A stretch of DNA of 63,716 nt, the filler included, from Limisphaerales bacterium (GTDB lineage: Bacteria; Verrucomicrobiota; Verrucomicrobiia; Limisphaerales; SIBE01), in assembly GCA_044225505.1 (NCBI GenBank). It is 3 parts of 3 records of this genome, joined end to end, with 100 filler letters (N's around TTAATTAATTAA, not from the genome) between each part and the next. Parts side by side here need not be neighbours in the genome. Positions count along the whole stretch, not along the records: positions 22,193 to 44,206 come from JBGAIN010000144.1; positions 44,307 to 63,716 come from JBGAIN010000155.1; 1 more part is not named here. One strand, written 5' to 3'. The notes under the pieces are model-generated. The model was not told where the DNA came from. It did not search any database and saw only the letters and a program-made list of their open reading frames with translations. Shown in pieces: positions 39,358 through 50,088 of this stretch. The stretch's first letter is position 1. Each line of letters starts with the position of its first letter. A program made the translations under genes and the position numbers.

Positions 39358-40109
39358 TCATGGCTTCCCGTCATCCTGGGTTTTGATGGCCTTCCAGTAA
39401 TCGCAGTGGCCAATTTCGTTGGTCGATCCGCAACAGGTCCAGTGCTCCTGGCCCTGAACGCCAAGGCCGCATAACAAGGGAGTGCCCCCCGAGACCACGC
39501 TGCGGCACCCACCGCAGTTGCCTACATCAAAACTGCCCGTGTGTTCAAATACCCCACCCTGGCGCAGGACGGCCAGCGCGAGCACTTTGCGCGTTCCTCT
39601 GGATTTCCCACCAACTTTACCCCTCGCTGGCCCCCCGCCGCAATTAACCTCCTGGCCTGTTCCATTTTACCCGAGATCTTGGCCTCTGCGGCTGCCATGG
39701 CTTCCGACCGTGCGGCAGCGCTGGGTAGTTTTCGGGCTTCCCTCTCATCGAACAGATACAGCGGCCACGATGCGTCGACCGGAGACAGCCTGGTGTACCA
39801 AAGAACCGCTTGAGCAGATCGTGTCCCTGCCTCAAAGTTCGGATGGGCCGTAAATCCGATGGCACCACCCACGCTTGACGCAAACCGGGCTAGATCATCA
39901 ATGGTTCGAACCGTGTCAAATCCCTCACGCTGGCTAAGCTCAATCATTTCGAACAGACCGCCGTCGAACCCGTGCTTAGCCTTGAAGTAAGTCGGCGCCG
40001 GGATCGTCGCTTCGGCCTGGGTTCCCACCGCCTCCGACTGCCGGCGACACCCCGGAGCAACGATCATGACGCTGGCCAACACCCCGAGCACAAGTCCCGC
40101 GACTCTCAT
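39358..40109 (-). pseudogene. Putative lipoprotein with Cys-rich C-terminus, apparently frameshifted near 39586
   Basis: GGAG SD, MRVAGLVLGVLASVMIVAPGC lipobox-like; ...EERAK continues in another frame as VLALAVLRQGG...HTG...CGGC...HWTCCG...C. Confidence 0.5.
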
Positions 40110-40380
40110 GTCTCCCAGCCCGCGACCACGATTGCGCCAACGGAAGCATAGAGTGATGGGGCTGTCGGATCGCGTCGGGCATGGCCAGCCGTGATGGCTC
40201 GACGCCATTCGGTCCACGGTCTCATCACGAGGTGGACTCATGGCCGCCCTATCTCGCAAAGCTTCCACGTTACCCCGACGTGAAGTTAAGAAAACAGCCT
40301 CGTTCACAGGGTCGATAACACCAGCCCTAAACGATGGTTGCGGCCTCACCTGAAAAAATGCTCGTGGCCGTAAGAATTAA

Positions 40381-40512
40381 AAAATAGGCCGCAATGATCC
40401 GTGCCCGTGCGGCAGCGGCAAGAAATATAAGAAATGCTGTCTGCCAAAAGACGAAGCTCGCCCACGCCAAGGCCCAGGCATTGCTCCCGACGCGAGCTCT
40501 GCGACGTTATGA
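40381..40512 (+). pseudogene. SEC-C metal-binding motif remnant without a canonical start codon
   Basis: [26 protein letters not shown]...; in-frame TAA at 40378-40380 immediately upstream. Confidence 0.75.
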
Positions 40513-40595
40513 CCAGTGACTTGCATTGAGTCGAACCAAAGAGCCGGTTTGTTCGGCGAATCACGGGCGCTATAGGAGGGCTGGAAACATTTGAT

Positions 40596-42452
40596 TCAAA
40601 CCTGGGGCATCCCGTACCCGATGGCCTTGAGCGCGTCACGGAAGGATTTCTCCTTTTCCAACGGAACGACCAGACCGCGTTCGCCCGTGCGCTGACAGAG
40701 TTTTGCGGTCTGCAAATGGTGAGCGATCTGCTCCGCCACTTCCGGGGAGATGCATTCGATCAAAAGGGCCGTTCCCTTGCAGAGGCACGCCGAGGAACGC
40801 TGTTCCAAACCCGCCAGGAAGCCTTCTATGACTTCGGGAAGCGGCTGGGGATCGCCCGCCGCCAAAAAGCTGCGGAGTTCAGCGATGCGCGCCCCCCTCT
40901 CCACCGACTGGATGACCCTTGCCTCATCAAGAATCCATAGCCCCGGAGATTGCGGTTGTGCAAAACTCTCGAGGAGCAACTTCTGGTCAGGAGCGAGCTC
41001 GCCCCGATCAACGCGGATTTGCCGATTAGGCAGCACCGTGAGCGAAACCGCGAGTTCTTCCGGGCGTGCTTCGTAATGATCCGTCTGGCCCAGGATGAAC
41101 GCGCCGAGCGGGGTCACACGAAAGTATCGTAAGCCGTCATAGCGGCTCAGGAAGATGAGCTCGTCTGTCCCCCAGTTCTCGTGATAATCGTCGCGCGCGC
41201 CGGCTGGATGTTCGTATGCAATATCGATGATCCCAAGAGGCGCAGCGTATTCGAAGAGCAGACAAAGCAAATACCGCTCTTCAACGATGTTCCAGCCGCC
41301 AAATCCTTGGTAACCGAGATGGCCATATTGCGGATCACAAATGTAGAGGATGCAATGATCGTGCGTTACGGCAAACTGAAAACCGGCCGCCTGCATATAG
41401 CGGGAGAACTCCCCGAACTCCACCCACCTGCCGACGGGACATTCTGCCAGTGCGCACTTGATCGCAAGACGGCGACTCTCCGGCGGGGTTAATGCTTTGC
41501 TCCCTTTTCCTTTCTGTCCTTTAATTACATCGATACGGCTGAACTCATCGATGATTCCTCGCGTGCCCCAGGCGTTCCAAACATCGCGGAGGGTGTGAGC
41601 TGGGGGAGCATCCAAACCAGCGCGACCTGCCTTCGTCAACGCGAGCTTTTCATTGCGAAGCGCGGCCAATTTAGCGGCCTGCACGAGGAGCGGCCAGGAG
41701 AACGCTTTGACCGGTCCGATCTCCGGGTCCCAAGAATTGAGCTTTTCTGAAAGTTCGAAAAAGTCGCGGTCGCGTAGAAGATCATCGAGCAACCCCATGG
41801 TCGCCTTCGATGGCAACAACGTCTTGGAGCTGACGGAAATCTTCTGTTGGTCAATCAAGCGCAGGACGGTCCGAAGATCCTGAACGGCAGCCTGCTCCGT
41901 TAATCGCACGGTCAATCGCAACTCGTGCCCGGTATCAGCGGTCGTGTCGTTAGCGTCACGTTGCGACGTCCCTTCCCGAGGCCGCTGTTCAGGAATCTGC
42001 TCCAAAGTGCCTAATTTTGCCGGCTCCGGCTCAGGCACAAACGCCCGCAGCTTCTCTCGCAAGTCATCCGGAACTGAATGCCCTCCCATCACGTCGTCAT
42101 GAATAAATAGCCTCAGTAGGGTAGGGTTTGAGGACCAGCGATGCTCCCCGTCCGTCTCGAATGCGGGCAGTTCGCCGTACTTAGCGAGAAAGGCACTCGA
42201 ATCAAAAATCCCGTCCCCATGCACCGCTTCCGCAACGGCGGACTGCTCCAGAGCACTCAGTTTTGTCCAGAGTTGGCTCAGTCCGTCACCGAGAAGGAAA
42301 CGCACCAGCATTTCAACAACTTCGACCTTCCGCGTAACTTTCCCGCTTCCGCCCGGAAGCAAGGCGCTCAGCCTCTTAAGGTCATCCGCGTTGCGTCGAT
42401 CAAGTGTCGCCCGAAGCGACGAGTCAGACTCCAAGTAACGGTAGCGGCTCAT
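40596..42452 (-). CDS. Helicase-associated (Helicase_C_3 / XPB N-terminal-like) domain protein
   Basis: wHTH-like LTKAG and VTPLG segments; C-terminal VLPNRQIRV...W.LD...SVERG..IAELRSFL....QPLP. Confidence 0.7.
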   Translation of the reverse strand: MSRYRYLESDSSLRATLDRRNADDLKRLSALLPGGSGKVTRKVEVVEMLVRFLLGDGLSQLWTKLSALEQSAVAEAVHGDGIFDSSAFLAKYGELPAFETDGEHRWSSNPTLLRLFIHDDVMGGHSVPDDLREKLRAFVPEPEPAKLGTLEQIPEQRPREGTSQRDANDTTADTGHELRLTVRLTEQAAVQDLRTVLRLIDQQKISVSSKTLLPSKATMGLLDDLLRDRDFFELSEKLNSWDPEIGPVKAFSWPLLVQAAKLAALRNEKLALTKAGRAGLDAPPAHTLRDVWNAWGTRGIIDEFSRIDVIKGQKGKGSKALTPPESRRLAIKCALAECPVGRWVEFGEFSRYMQAAGFQFAVTHDHCILYICDPQYGHLGYQGFGGWNIVEERYLLCLLFEYAAPLGIIDIAYEHPAGARDDYHENWGTDELIFLSRYDGLRYFRVTPLGAFILGQTDHYEARPEELAVSLTVLPNRQIRVDRGELAPDQKLLLESFAQPQSPGLWILDEARVIQSVERGARIAELRSFLAAGDPQPLPEVIEGFLAGLEQRSSACLCKGTALLIECISPEVAEQIAHHLQTAKLCQRTGERGLVVPLEKEKSFRDALKAIGYGMPQV

Positions 42453-43090
42453 GCCCATGCAATGAAGCATCATCCCGTCCGGGTTTCAATCGTTGACTGC
42501 GCATCGCGATCGACGACGGCCAGATTGACGCGGAGCCTTAGCGGCACAGCCACTTCTCTAGACTCGTGCTCCCGAGTTTGCGTTGGAAGCAATAGAGGCA
42601 CCACGAACATTGGATGTAGACCGTCCCCAGAATGAGCCCATCACCAAACGCCACATCCTCACTTCGATGGGTCACGCCATCTAGGTCGGATTCTGTCAGA
42701 GAGAGTCCGAGCAATGACAGTTGTGAACCTCACAAAAGTCCGTCAATCCGCGCTGACGGTGAAGTACCGCTCGCAATTTCACCGCAGTATCGCTTGAACC
42801 TGATTGCCAAATCTCGCCGCTCAAGGTGATCCACCAATGTCCCTCGTTGCCGAACCGGATATATTTCGGGTAATCCAGAAATCCGCCGTGCAACAGAGAA
42901 TCTCGCAGCTACCGGCAATCCTCGTCGTAGCGAACCGTCTTGTCAGCCGGTGGAGTTCGCGAGGTGGTGCGGAATCTGAGTCCACAGCACGCGTAACCCA
43001 TCAAATAACCCCGCACAGAGCAACCCAAGCGCAATGCTCATTTCGGCAAGACCCATTACGACGAACGCGGCTCCCGTTCATACCGCAGTT

Positions 43091-44206
43091 TCAAAACGCG
43101 AAGCAGTCGCAACCGAGGCCAAAGAATCCGGAGTAGCGATTCCGTGCGGCCTCGGCAGCCGAGAACATCAATTGCCAAGCATGAGTACAGCCGTGCTCGT
43201 GACACGTGGCATTGTGGCGATGCTCTGGCATGGGGACCCCTGCACGCACCGCTTTTCGGGTATCAAGCGGCGCGCCATAGCCCCCAAAGACTTTCACCGG
43301 CGACCACTCTGGCAGCACCGGGATCGCGGGAGGTGCGTGCGAGGCAAATTCATTCGTGGCGTGAACAACTTTGCCACCAACAAGGGTGAGCACCGATTCG
43401 ATACTTTTGATCTCTTCGTCAAGCACAGCAAAGTAATCGTCGGTGAGTGCCACGAGGTCCGCGAACTGGCCGACCGCGATGGCTCCCTTCTTCCCGCTCT
43501 CGTTCGAAAACCAACTGCTGCCCTGGGTGTAGAGACGCAACGCTTCTTCACGACTCAGACAATTCGCGTCCGGATACATCGGAACACCTCCAACAGTTTT
43601 GCCAGTCGTGAGCCAATAGAGCGACACCCACGGGTTATAGCTGGCGACACGCGTTGCATCTGTGCCAGCGCCCACGGGCACACCAAGCTCCAGCATTTTG
43701 CGGACAGGCGGAGTGCGCGCCGCGGCCTGCTGCCCATAGCGCTCCATGAAGTACTCGCCTTGATAAGCCATCCGGTGCTGCACAGCGATGCCTCCCCCCA
43801 GCGCTCGGACGCGCTCCAGGTTGCGATCGGAAATCGTCTCGCAGTGGTCGAAGAACCAGTTCAGACCTTGGAACGGCACCTCACGGTTCACATCTTCAAA
43901 CACGTTCAGGAAACGCGAAATGCTCTCGTCGTAGGTCGCATGCAAGCGGAATGGCCACCGGTTCGCGGCCAGTAGCGACACGACTTCTCTAAGTTCGCCT
44001 TCCAGTGAAGCGTTCAGGTCGGGGCGTGGTTCCAGGAAGTCTTCGAAATCCGCCGCCGAAAAGACAAGCATCTCACCTGCGCCGTTGCAGCGGAGGAAAT
44101 CATCACCGTGGCCAGGTGCCGTCATTTTGATCCAGCGTTTGAAGTCTTCCTTCTCCCCCTTTGGCTTTTGCGTGAACAGATTGTAAGCGATGCGCAAGGT
44201 CATCTC
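43091..44206 (-). CDS. YtcJ-like amidohydrolase, 5' truncated by contig end
   Basis: GAGEMLVFSAADFEDF, FRLHATYDESI, FDHCE, GAGTDATRVASYNPW, GQFADLVAL, C-terminal GCDCFAF. Confidence 0.9.
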   Translation of the reverse strand, partial: EMTLRIAYNLFTQKPKGEKEDFKRWIKMTAPGHGDDFLRCNGAGEMLVFSAADFEDFLEPRPDLNASLEGELREVVSLLAANRWPFRLHATYDESISRFLNVFEDVNREVPFQGLNWFFDHCETISDRNLERVRALGGGIAVQHRMAYQGEYFMERYGQQAAARTPPVRKMLELGVPVGAGTDATRVASYNPWVSLYWLTTGKTVGGVPMYPDANCLSREEALRLYTQGSSWFSNESGKKGAIAVGQFADLVALTDDYFAVLDEEIKSIESVLTLVGGKVVHATNEFASHAPPAIPVLPEWSPVKVFGGYGAPLDTRKAVRAGVPMPEHRHNATCHEHGCTHAWQLMFSAAEAARNRYSGFFGLGCDCFAF

Positions 44207-44306
44207 NNNNNNNNNNNNNNNNNNNNNNNNNNNNNNNNNNNNNNNNNNNNTTAATTAATTAANNNNNNNNNNNNNNNNNNNNNNNNNNNNNNNNNNNNNN
44301 NNNNNN
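44207..44306. other. Artificial contig spacer
   Basis: N44-TTAATTAATTAA-N44. Confidence 0.98.
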
Positions 44307-46518
44307 CAATCGAGTCGGTCGTCAACCGACGGACGGAAGCCTCCCCCTCGTGCCAAGCATAGAGATTTGGACTGTTACCGGCTGGAGGCACGACCAAGTT
44401 AGGCGCCGTGCTTTCAAAGACCACCCAACGGCTATCTGGACTTAACATTACCCGATACGACGCTCTTTGCCCCACCGAACCGTTCGGCGCAGCACTGATC
44501 AAATGAATACTCTGATCCGTTCGCTCATAAACCAGGACGTCTTGAGCCTGATTCGAGTCGCCCGCAACCAAATCCGAGGCTGTGCTGACAAAGGCCACGC
44601 GGCTGCCGTCAGCGGATAATGACGAGCCCGACGACGGGCCGTTTCCGGACCTGCCGTTGGCCGCGTGGCTGACGAGGAAGGTGGTATTCACGCCCAAGTC
44701 ACGGAGGAAGACATCGTCGACGTTGTTAGTGTCGATATTAACGAGGTTAGAGGCAAAGCTCGTAAAGGTGACCCATCGACCATCCGCACTGATAGAAGGC
44801 TCCCGGCAGCTCCCATTCGCAACTCCGGTCCCATCGAGACTGACGCTGACCAGCCGGTTGGACCCGGTCACCAGATCCCGGAGAAACACGTTGGGCGTAT
44901 TGCCAGTCGCTCCCGGCACCGGGCCATCGCCACTGCTTACATAAACGAGCCAATGCCCATCCGCGCTTAGGCAATTGTCACGAACCAACGGAAAACCCGT
45001 GCCCGTCTTGGAGGGCTGGGTCTCGGCACTGCGCGAGACTAATTCTAATTGGTCGCTCGTCCAGTTGTAGAGGAAGACATCGTTTGCATCATTATAATCC
45101 CCCGCGACAAGGTCGGAGGCAGCCGATTGGAAAGCCACCCAAAGCCCATCGGCACTGAAAGAAACTGCCGGAAAGTCAGCCGGTGTCAGCGGGAAGCTGC
45201 CGTCCGCACGATGGATCACTCGGCGCGTCTCGCTGGAATCGCGGTCCTGCACGAACAGCTGGATCGGTTCAGAGCTCGGATGCGATGCGCCTGGACGCGC
45301 GTAGCTTAGCCAAGCAACAAAGCGTCCATCCGGACTGGCAGCGACGAACTCACCGAAAGGCTGTGGATCTGGCGAGCCCGCGACCGTGACGGTGTTGGTC
45401 GAGATCAGGATCGATTTCCCCGTGTTCACGTCCCAGGCATAAACCGCTTCCGGAAGTTCAGCGACCGTGTTGGAAATGCCTTGAAAGTAGATGAGCCTTC
45501 CGTCTCGGCTCAGAATCGGACCGGTCATACTCGGGCGACGGGTCAAAAACAACGTATTGAGCTCAGGCGCGATAAGTTCAGCCGTGCCCGACGGCAATGC
45601 AACCCGATAAACTCCGCCCGTTCCGGACACCATCGTCGATACTGCGGCAACGGTTCCGTTGCTGTTCATAGAAGGCCTGAGCGACAGCGCGAGACTGCTC
45701 GGCGGCGGATTGAAAAGTGGGATTACTCGAGTTTCGGCTCGCGCAACGTCTCGCAGGTAAAGGTTGTGGCGAAACCCGTTGGTCGTTGTGACAAGCAAGC
45801 TATTACTCAGAAATAGCACCAACCCTCCATCGTCGCTGACCGCTGGACTCGTTGCGTCGGATGCGGCCGCCGTCGTCACATCCGATTGCGCTTCGCTGAT
45901 AAGAATCGTTTCCCCCGTTGTAAGGTCCGAGCGATAAACATTCATTCGCCCAGGCGTCGACCCGGGCGCCAAATCAGAGGCACGACTTTCGAAAACAACG
46001 AAATGCCCGTCCGGCGTCAGGATGGGAGACGCCGAATCCGCGTTGGCACTCGCGCCGTTGGTGGATCGGGATACAAGTTGGGTCTGCCCAGTCTTGAAGT
46101 TTCGGACGAAAACATCTGCAGCGTTGTTCGTATCATTTGCAACGAGGTCACTAGCCTGGCTGGCAAAGGCAACGACCATGCCATCCGCTGACATGGATGG
46201 GGCGTAAGACCTGCCATTTCCACTGACTCCAGCGCTGTTGATGCTAACAAGGTGAATGGTCCCACCGGCAACGTCGCGGACAAAGACGTCGAGCAGGCCA
46301 TGGTTAAGATCGTTGGTGACTAAATTGCCCGCCGTGCTTTCAAACACTAGGAACCGACCGTCAGCGCTAAAAACGGGGCTGGTCGAATCGCCCATCGCGG
46401 TGACAGAGTGAGGGGTCGTTGAAACTAAAGTGACCGCTTGAGTTTCGAGCAGCGCGAGCAGAAGACAGAGGGGAAATGCCAAAGAGGCCGAAAGGAAACC
46501 GATTCGGGCATTGCGCAT
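44307..46518 (-). CDS. Secreted TolB/PD40-like beta-propeller repeat protein, 3' truncated by contig end
   Basis: Signal peptide; repeated PS(I/F)SADGR.V.F.S.ASNLV..DTN...DVF.RD blades. Confidence 0.9.
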
Positions 46519-46566
46519 AGCATGGATCGTCCGCTATTATTTTGGTTAAAACAAGATTGAACATGT

Positions 46567-47469
46567 ATGAAACAGGTTGGGGATCCCACTCACTCCAGAC
46601 TCCCTCACCAATATCGAGTGAGCGCCTTCGCACGCATTGATCTCCTCGTGATGCTAGTGATGGCGGCAGTGCTCGTTACCCTCGGAACCGCGGCCACTTC
46701 GAACAACCGCGCGGGCAGCCAGGTGGCTGGGTGCCTCTCGAACCTGCGGCAACTCAACGTCGCTTTTCAGGAGTATACTACCGACCTCGGACATTTCCCG
46801 CCAAGCCCGGACGACGGCAACGTCACGCCGGGGTTCAATTGGATTCCAGGGAATAGCGGTCCTGGCGGCCCGCAAGAATTTAATCCGGATATCTTGAAGG
46901 ATCCATCCCGTTCCCTGCTCTATCGCTATTTGAGGGAACAAGACGCACAAATATTCCGCTGTCCCGCGGACCCGCGAGCGGGACGCTATCAAGGAACGGA
47001 TCTTGCGAAGCGCAACCAAATCGTGCCCGCGGCTCGGACGTACGCCATGAGTCACGCGGTCGGTATCGATCCGTATACGATGTCCGACATTCCCGTGGCC
47101 GTCAACGGTCCATGGCTCGACAACACTCACTCGCATCTCCGAGGCCAAAAGTGGAAAACCTACGCGCGATTCGAGGACGTTACGGATCCAGCCCCTGGAA
47201 ACCTGATGGTCTTTGTGGACGAAGATGAATACAGCATTAACGATGGAACACTCGCATTTGGAATGGAATCGGCCGAGTGGATCGATTGGCCGACGACTCG
47301 CCACAATCTGAGCGGCACTTTTGGATTTGCCGACGGCCACGTCGAGCTCAGGCACTGGGTCGATCCAGCCACAGTGGTCACCAATCGCAATGTGTCCCGA
47401 CACAAAGTTCCTGGCAGCCCGGACTACGAATGGCTGAGAGATAGGACGAGCGCCCGCATTCGACGCTAA
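46567..47469 (+). CDS. Prepilin-like H-X9-DG domain protein with degenerate N-methylation motif
   Basis: AFARIDLLVML; CLSNLRQL; IFRCPAD; FVDE...SINDG; RHNLSGTFGFADGHVE. Confidence 0.85.
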   Translation: MKQVGDPTHSRLPHQYRVSAFARIDLLVMLVMAAVLVTLGTAATSNNRAGSQVAGCLSNLRQLNVAFQEYTTDLGHFPPSPDDGNVTPGFNWIPGNSGPGGPQEFNPDILKDPSRSLLYRYLREQDAQIFRCPADPRAGRYQGTDLAKRNQIVPAARTYAMSHAVGIDPYTMSDIPVAVNGPWLDNTHSHLRGQKWKTYARFEDVTDPAPGNLMVFVDEDEYSINDGTLAFGMESAEWIDWPTTRHNLSGTFGFADGHVELRHWVDPATVVTNRNVSRHKVPGSPDYEWLRDRTSARIRR

Positions 47470-47592
47470 TGTGCTGACCGCTATGTCCCTGCATTTTCGT
47501 GGCGCTCAAATGGGCCTGGGGCGATTCGCCGGCAGAGAATCGCGTCCCGCATTGGAACCGCTCTGAGCGAAGACGTCGGGCGGCGCCGTGGC

Positions 47593-48993
47593 TCACTCCG
47601 GGGTATTGCGCGTCAGGGAGCCGCTGCTGATCGAGATGGTCTTGATGTTGACGAACTCGCGGATGCCATGCGCGCTTAACTCCCGGCCGTAGCCCGATTG
47701 CTTCACGCCACCAAATGGCAACGCAGGATGCGATGCCACCATGCCATTGACGAAAGCCAACCCCGCTTCAATCTCGTCGATAAACATCTCGCGCTCACTC
47801 TTTTCGCTCGTCCACAAACAAGCGCCCAGGCCAAAGCTGGTCTCGTTCGCAACCTCCAGGGCTTCGGTCAGACTCCCCACGCTGATCAGCGTCGCGACCG
47901 GGCCGAACAACTCCTCGCGCCGCGCTGGCGATTCGGGCGGGGCATTTGTCAAAACCGATGGAGGATAGAAAAAACCGGGGCCTGCAGGCAAGTGACCACC
48001 GAGTAAAACGCGCGCGCCTTGGCGAACACTCTGGTCAACCTGTTTCGCCAATCCATCGCGCGCCTCAGCAGTCGCGAGCGGACCAATCTCCGTCTGTTCA
48101 TCGAGCGGATCCCCCACGCGCAACGCAGCCATTCGAGCCGTGAACAGCCGCTCAAATTCAGCGGCGATCGACTCATGGAGCAGGAAGCGCTTGGCCGCAA
48201 TGCACGATTGCCCATTGTTAATCGTCCTCGCTTGCACTGCCGTTGCCACCGCTTGGGTTAAATCGGCGGACGGCATGACAATGAACGGATCACTGCCCCC
48301 CAGCTCGAGCACGGTTTTCTTGATGTGGCGCCCCGCGGTCGCCGCAACGCTCTCCCCTGCTCCAAGACTTCCGGTCAAGGTGGCGGCTTTCACCCGGGGG
48401 TCCGCGATCAATTCTTCAACCCGATTTGACCCGATCAATAATGTCTGGAACGCGCCGACCGGGAAACCAGCACGACGAAATAGCTCCTCTAACGCCAGAG
48501 CACATTGCGGAACGTTAGAAGCATGCTTGAGAAGGGCCACGTTCCCCGCCATTAACGCGGGCGCAGCAAACCGCAGCACTTGCCAGAAGGGAAAGTTCCA
48601 TGGCATGACTGCTAGTATTGGCCCGAGAGGTTGGTATCGGACAAAGCTGGTGGATGCCACTCCCAAGAGGGGTTCGTCCAACAGAAATCGCTCGGCCTCG
48701 ACAGCGTAAAAGCGACAGTTCGCCGCGCACTTCTCGACTTCCTGCACCGCTGCGCGGATCGGTTTACCCATCTCCAAGGTCATCATGCGAGCGAACGCTG
48801 CCTTCTCCGCCTCGAGAATGTCCGCGACCCGAACGGTGGCCGCCGCCCGCTCGCTGAAGCTCTTCCGGCGCCAGTCCTGGAAAGCCAGGTTGGCCCGAAC
48901 AAGCTTGGCCTCGACTTCTGCCCTGGAATGGGAGTCGAACTGACGCAACAAAGCGCCAGTGGCAGGATTAACGCTGAAAAACTGATTCGCCAC
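47593..48993 (-). CDS. NAD(P)-dependent succinate-semialdehyde dehydrogenase (Sad/GabD1-like)
   Basis: SVNPATG, MPWNFPFWQV, LKHASNVP, LTGS, LELGGSDP, NGQSCIAAKR, EELFGP, PFGGVKQSGYGREL; start set at GTG 48993. Confidence 0.92.
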   Translation of the reverse strand: MANQFFSVNPATGALLRQFDSHSRAEVEAKLVRANLAFQDWRRKSFSERAAATVRVADILEAEKAAFARMMTLEMGKPIRAAVQEVEKCAANCRFYAVEAERFLLDEPLLGVASTSFVRYQPLGPILAVMPWNFPFWQVLRFAAPALMAGNVALLKHASNVPQCALALEELFRRAGFPVGAFQTLLIGSNRVEELIADPRVKAATLTGSLGAGESVAATAGRHIKKTVLELGGSDPFIVMPSADLTQAVATAVQARTINNGQSCIAAKRFLLHESIAAEFERLFTARMAALRVGDPLDEQTEIGPLATAEARDGLAKQVDQSVRQGARVLLGGHLPAGPGFFYPPSVLTNAPPESPARREELFGPVATLISVGSLTEALEVANETSFGLGACLWTSEKSEREMFIDEIEAGLAFVNGMVASHPALPFGGVKQSGYGRELSAHGIREFVNIKTISISSGSLTRNTPE

Positions 48994-49090
48994 AGGATAG
49001 CACCGACGGTCCGCGGATAGCGTCGGACGTGACCCGCAACATGCCCAAGCGAGCACGCTGGCCCCTGCCATTCCCCCTGCCGACCGCCCG

Positions 49091-50032
49091 TTACTTCATC
49101 CGGCTAAACGTCTGTTGCAGGATCTGCCAATCTTTCAAACCTTTGACCCGTTCCTGAGCCGAGGCGTTGATCTTCGCTTCGTTGGCATTCTTGGTCGCCC
49201 GATCGGCTTTGTAAAAAATCCCGAAGTGCCCCGGAAACGGTGCCGCCGCCAACTGGTAGGCCGCGGTCTCGTTCGTGACATCATGGTCCGGAGGCACCAG
49301 ATTGAAAACGCCGCCTTTGCGCGGATTGGCACTGTCGAAGGCGCCTTCGTAAAACTCAACGCACTCGCTCAAGCATTCGATGACGCTGAACCCATCGTGG
49401 TCCATGGCCGCTTCCATCATCTGCAACACGTGATTCGGATTGGTGTGGGTGGTGCGAGCCACGAACGTTGCCCCAGCTGCGATCAATTGCTTCATCGGAT
49501 TGACCGGCTGATCCACAGCGCCCCACACGTCGGTTTTGCTTTTAAAACCGAGCGGAGAGGTTGGCGACGTCTGTTTCTTGGTCAAACCGTAGACCCAGTT
49601 GTCCATGATGACGTAGGTCATCTTAATGTTCTTCCGGGCAGTATGGTTCACATGGTTGCCGCCGATGGAGAAGGCGTCACCATCGCCACCAAAAACAAAG
49701 ACATGCAGATCGGGCCGGCTCAACGAGACGCCGCTGGCAAAGGGGAGCGCGCGCCCATGGATAAAATGCACACCGTGAGCCTGAACAAAGTACGGAAACC
49801 GGCTGGAGCACCCAATGCCCGCCACCGTGGCAATCTTCTCATGCCACATCTTCCGTTTTTCGATCAGCTTAAAATAAAGCGCCAGGACAGAGAAATCTCC
49901 GCAACCTGGGCACCATGTGGGGTGATCCGCAGCAATCTCTTTTTTCGTCAGCGGTTTACGGTCTGAGTCAGAAACGGGACCCGAAGTCAGATTGCCCCCG
50001 CGGGCGGGAGCTCCAGTCAGAGCAGCGCTCAT
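49091..50032 (-). CDS. korB: 2-oxoacid:ferredoxin oxidoreductase beta subunit
   Basis: TWCPGCGDF, GIGCSSR, HGRALP, GGDGD..SIGGNH, DNWVYGLTK.QTSPTS. Confidence 0.93.
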   Translation of the reverse strand: MSAALTGAPARGGNLTSGPVSDSDRKPLTKKEIAADHPTWCPGCGDFSVLALYFKLIEKRKMWHEKIATVAGIGCSSRFPYFVQAHGVHFIHGRALPFASGVSLSRPDLHVFVFGGDGDAFSIGGNHVNHTARKNIKMTYVIMDNWVYGLTKKQTSPTSPLGFKSKTDVWGAVDQPVNPMKQLIAAGATFVARTTHTNPNHVLQMMEAAMDHDGFSVIECLSECVEFYEGAFDSANPRKGGVFNLVPPDHDVTNETAAYQLAAAPFPGHFGIFYKADRATKNANEAKINASAQERVKGLKDWQILQQTFSRMK

Positions 50033-50088
50033 AATCGATCAGTCGTTTGGATTGTACTTTGGTAAATTGAATTCCTGGAGACAGCGCC

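Noticed and set aside
42474..43090. Small ORFs downstream of the amidohydrolase (42696-42893; a hydrophobic frame near 42943-43082)
   Set aside because: No recognisable motif or clean start; may be gene debris but cannot be supported
43034..43975. Long antisense ORFs (also 49115-49966, 53039-53893, 57653-58483, 60060-60941)
   Set aside because: Shadow frames opposite well-supported genes in GC-rich DNA; no motifs
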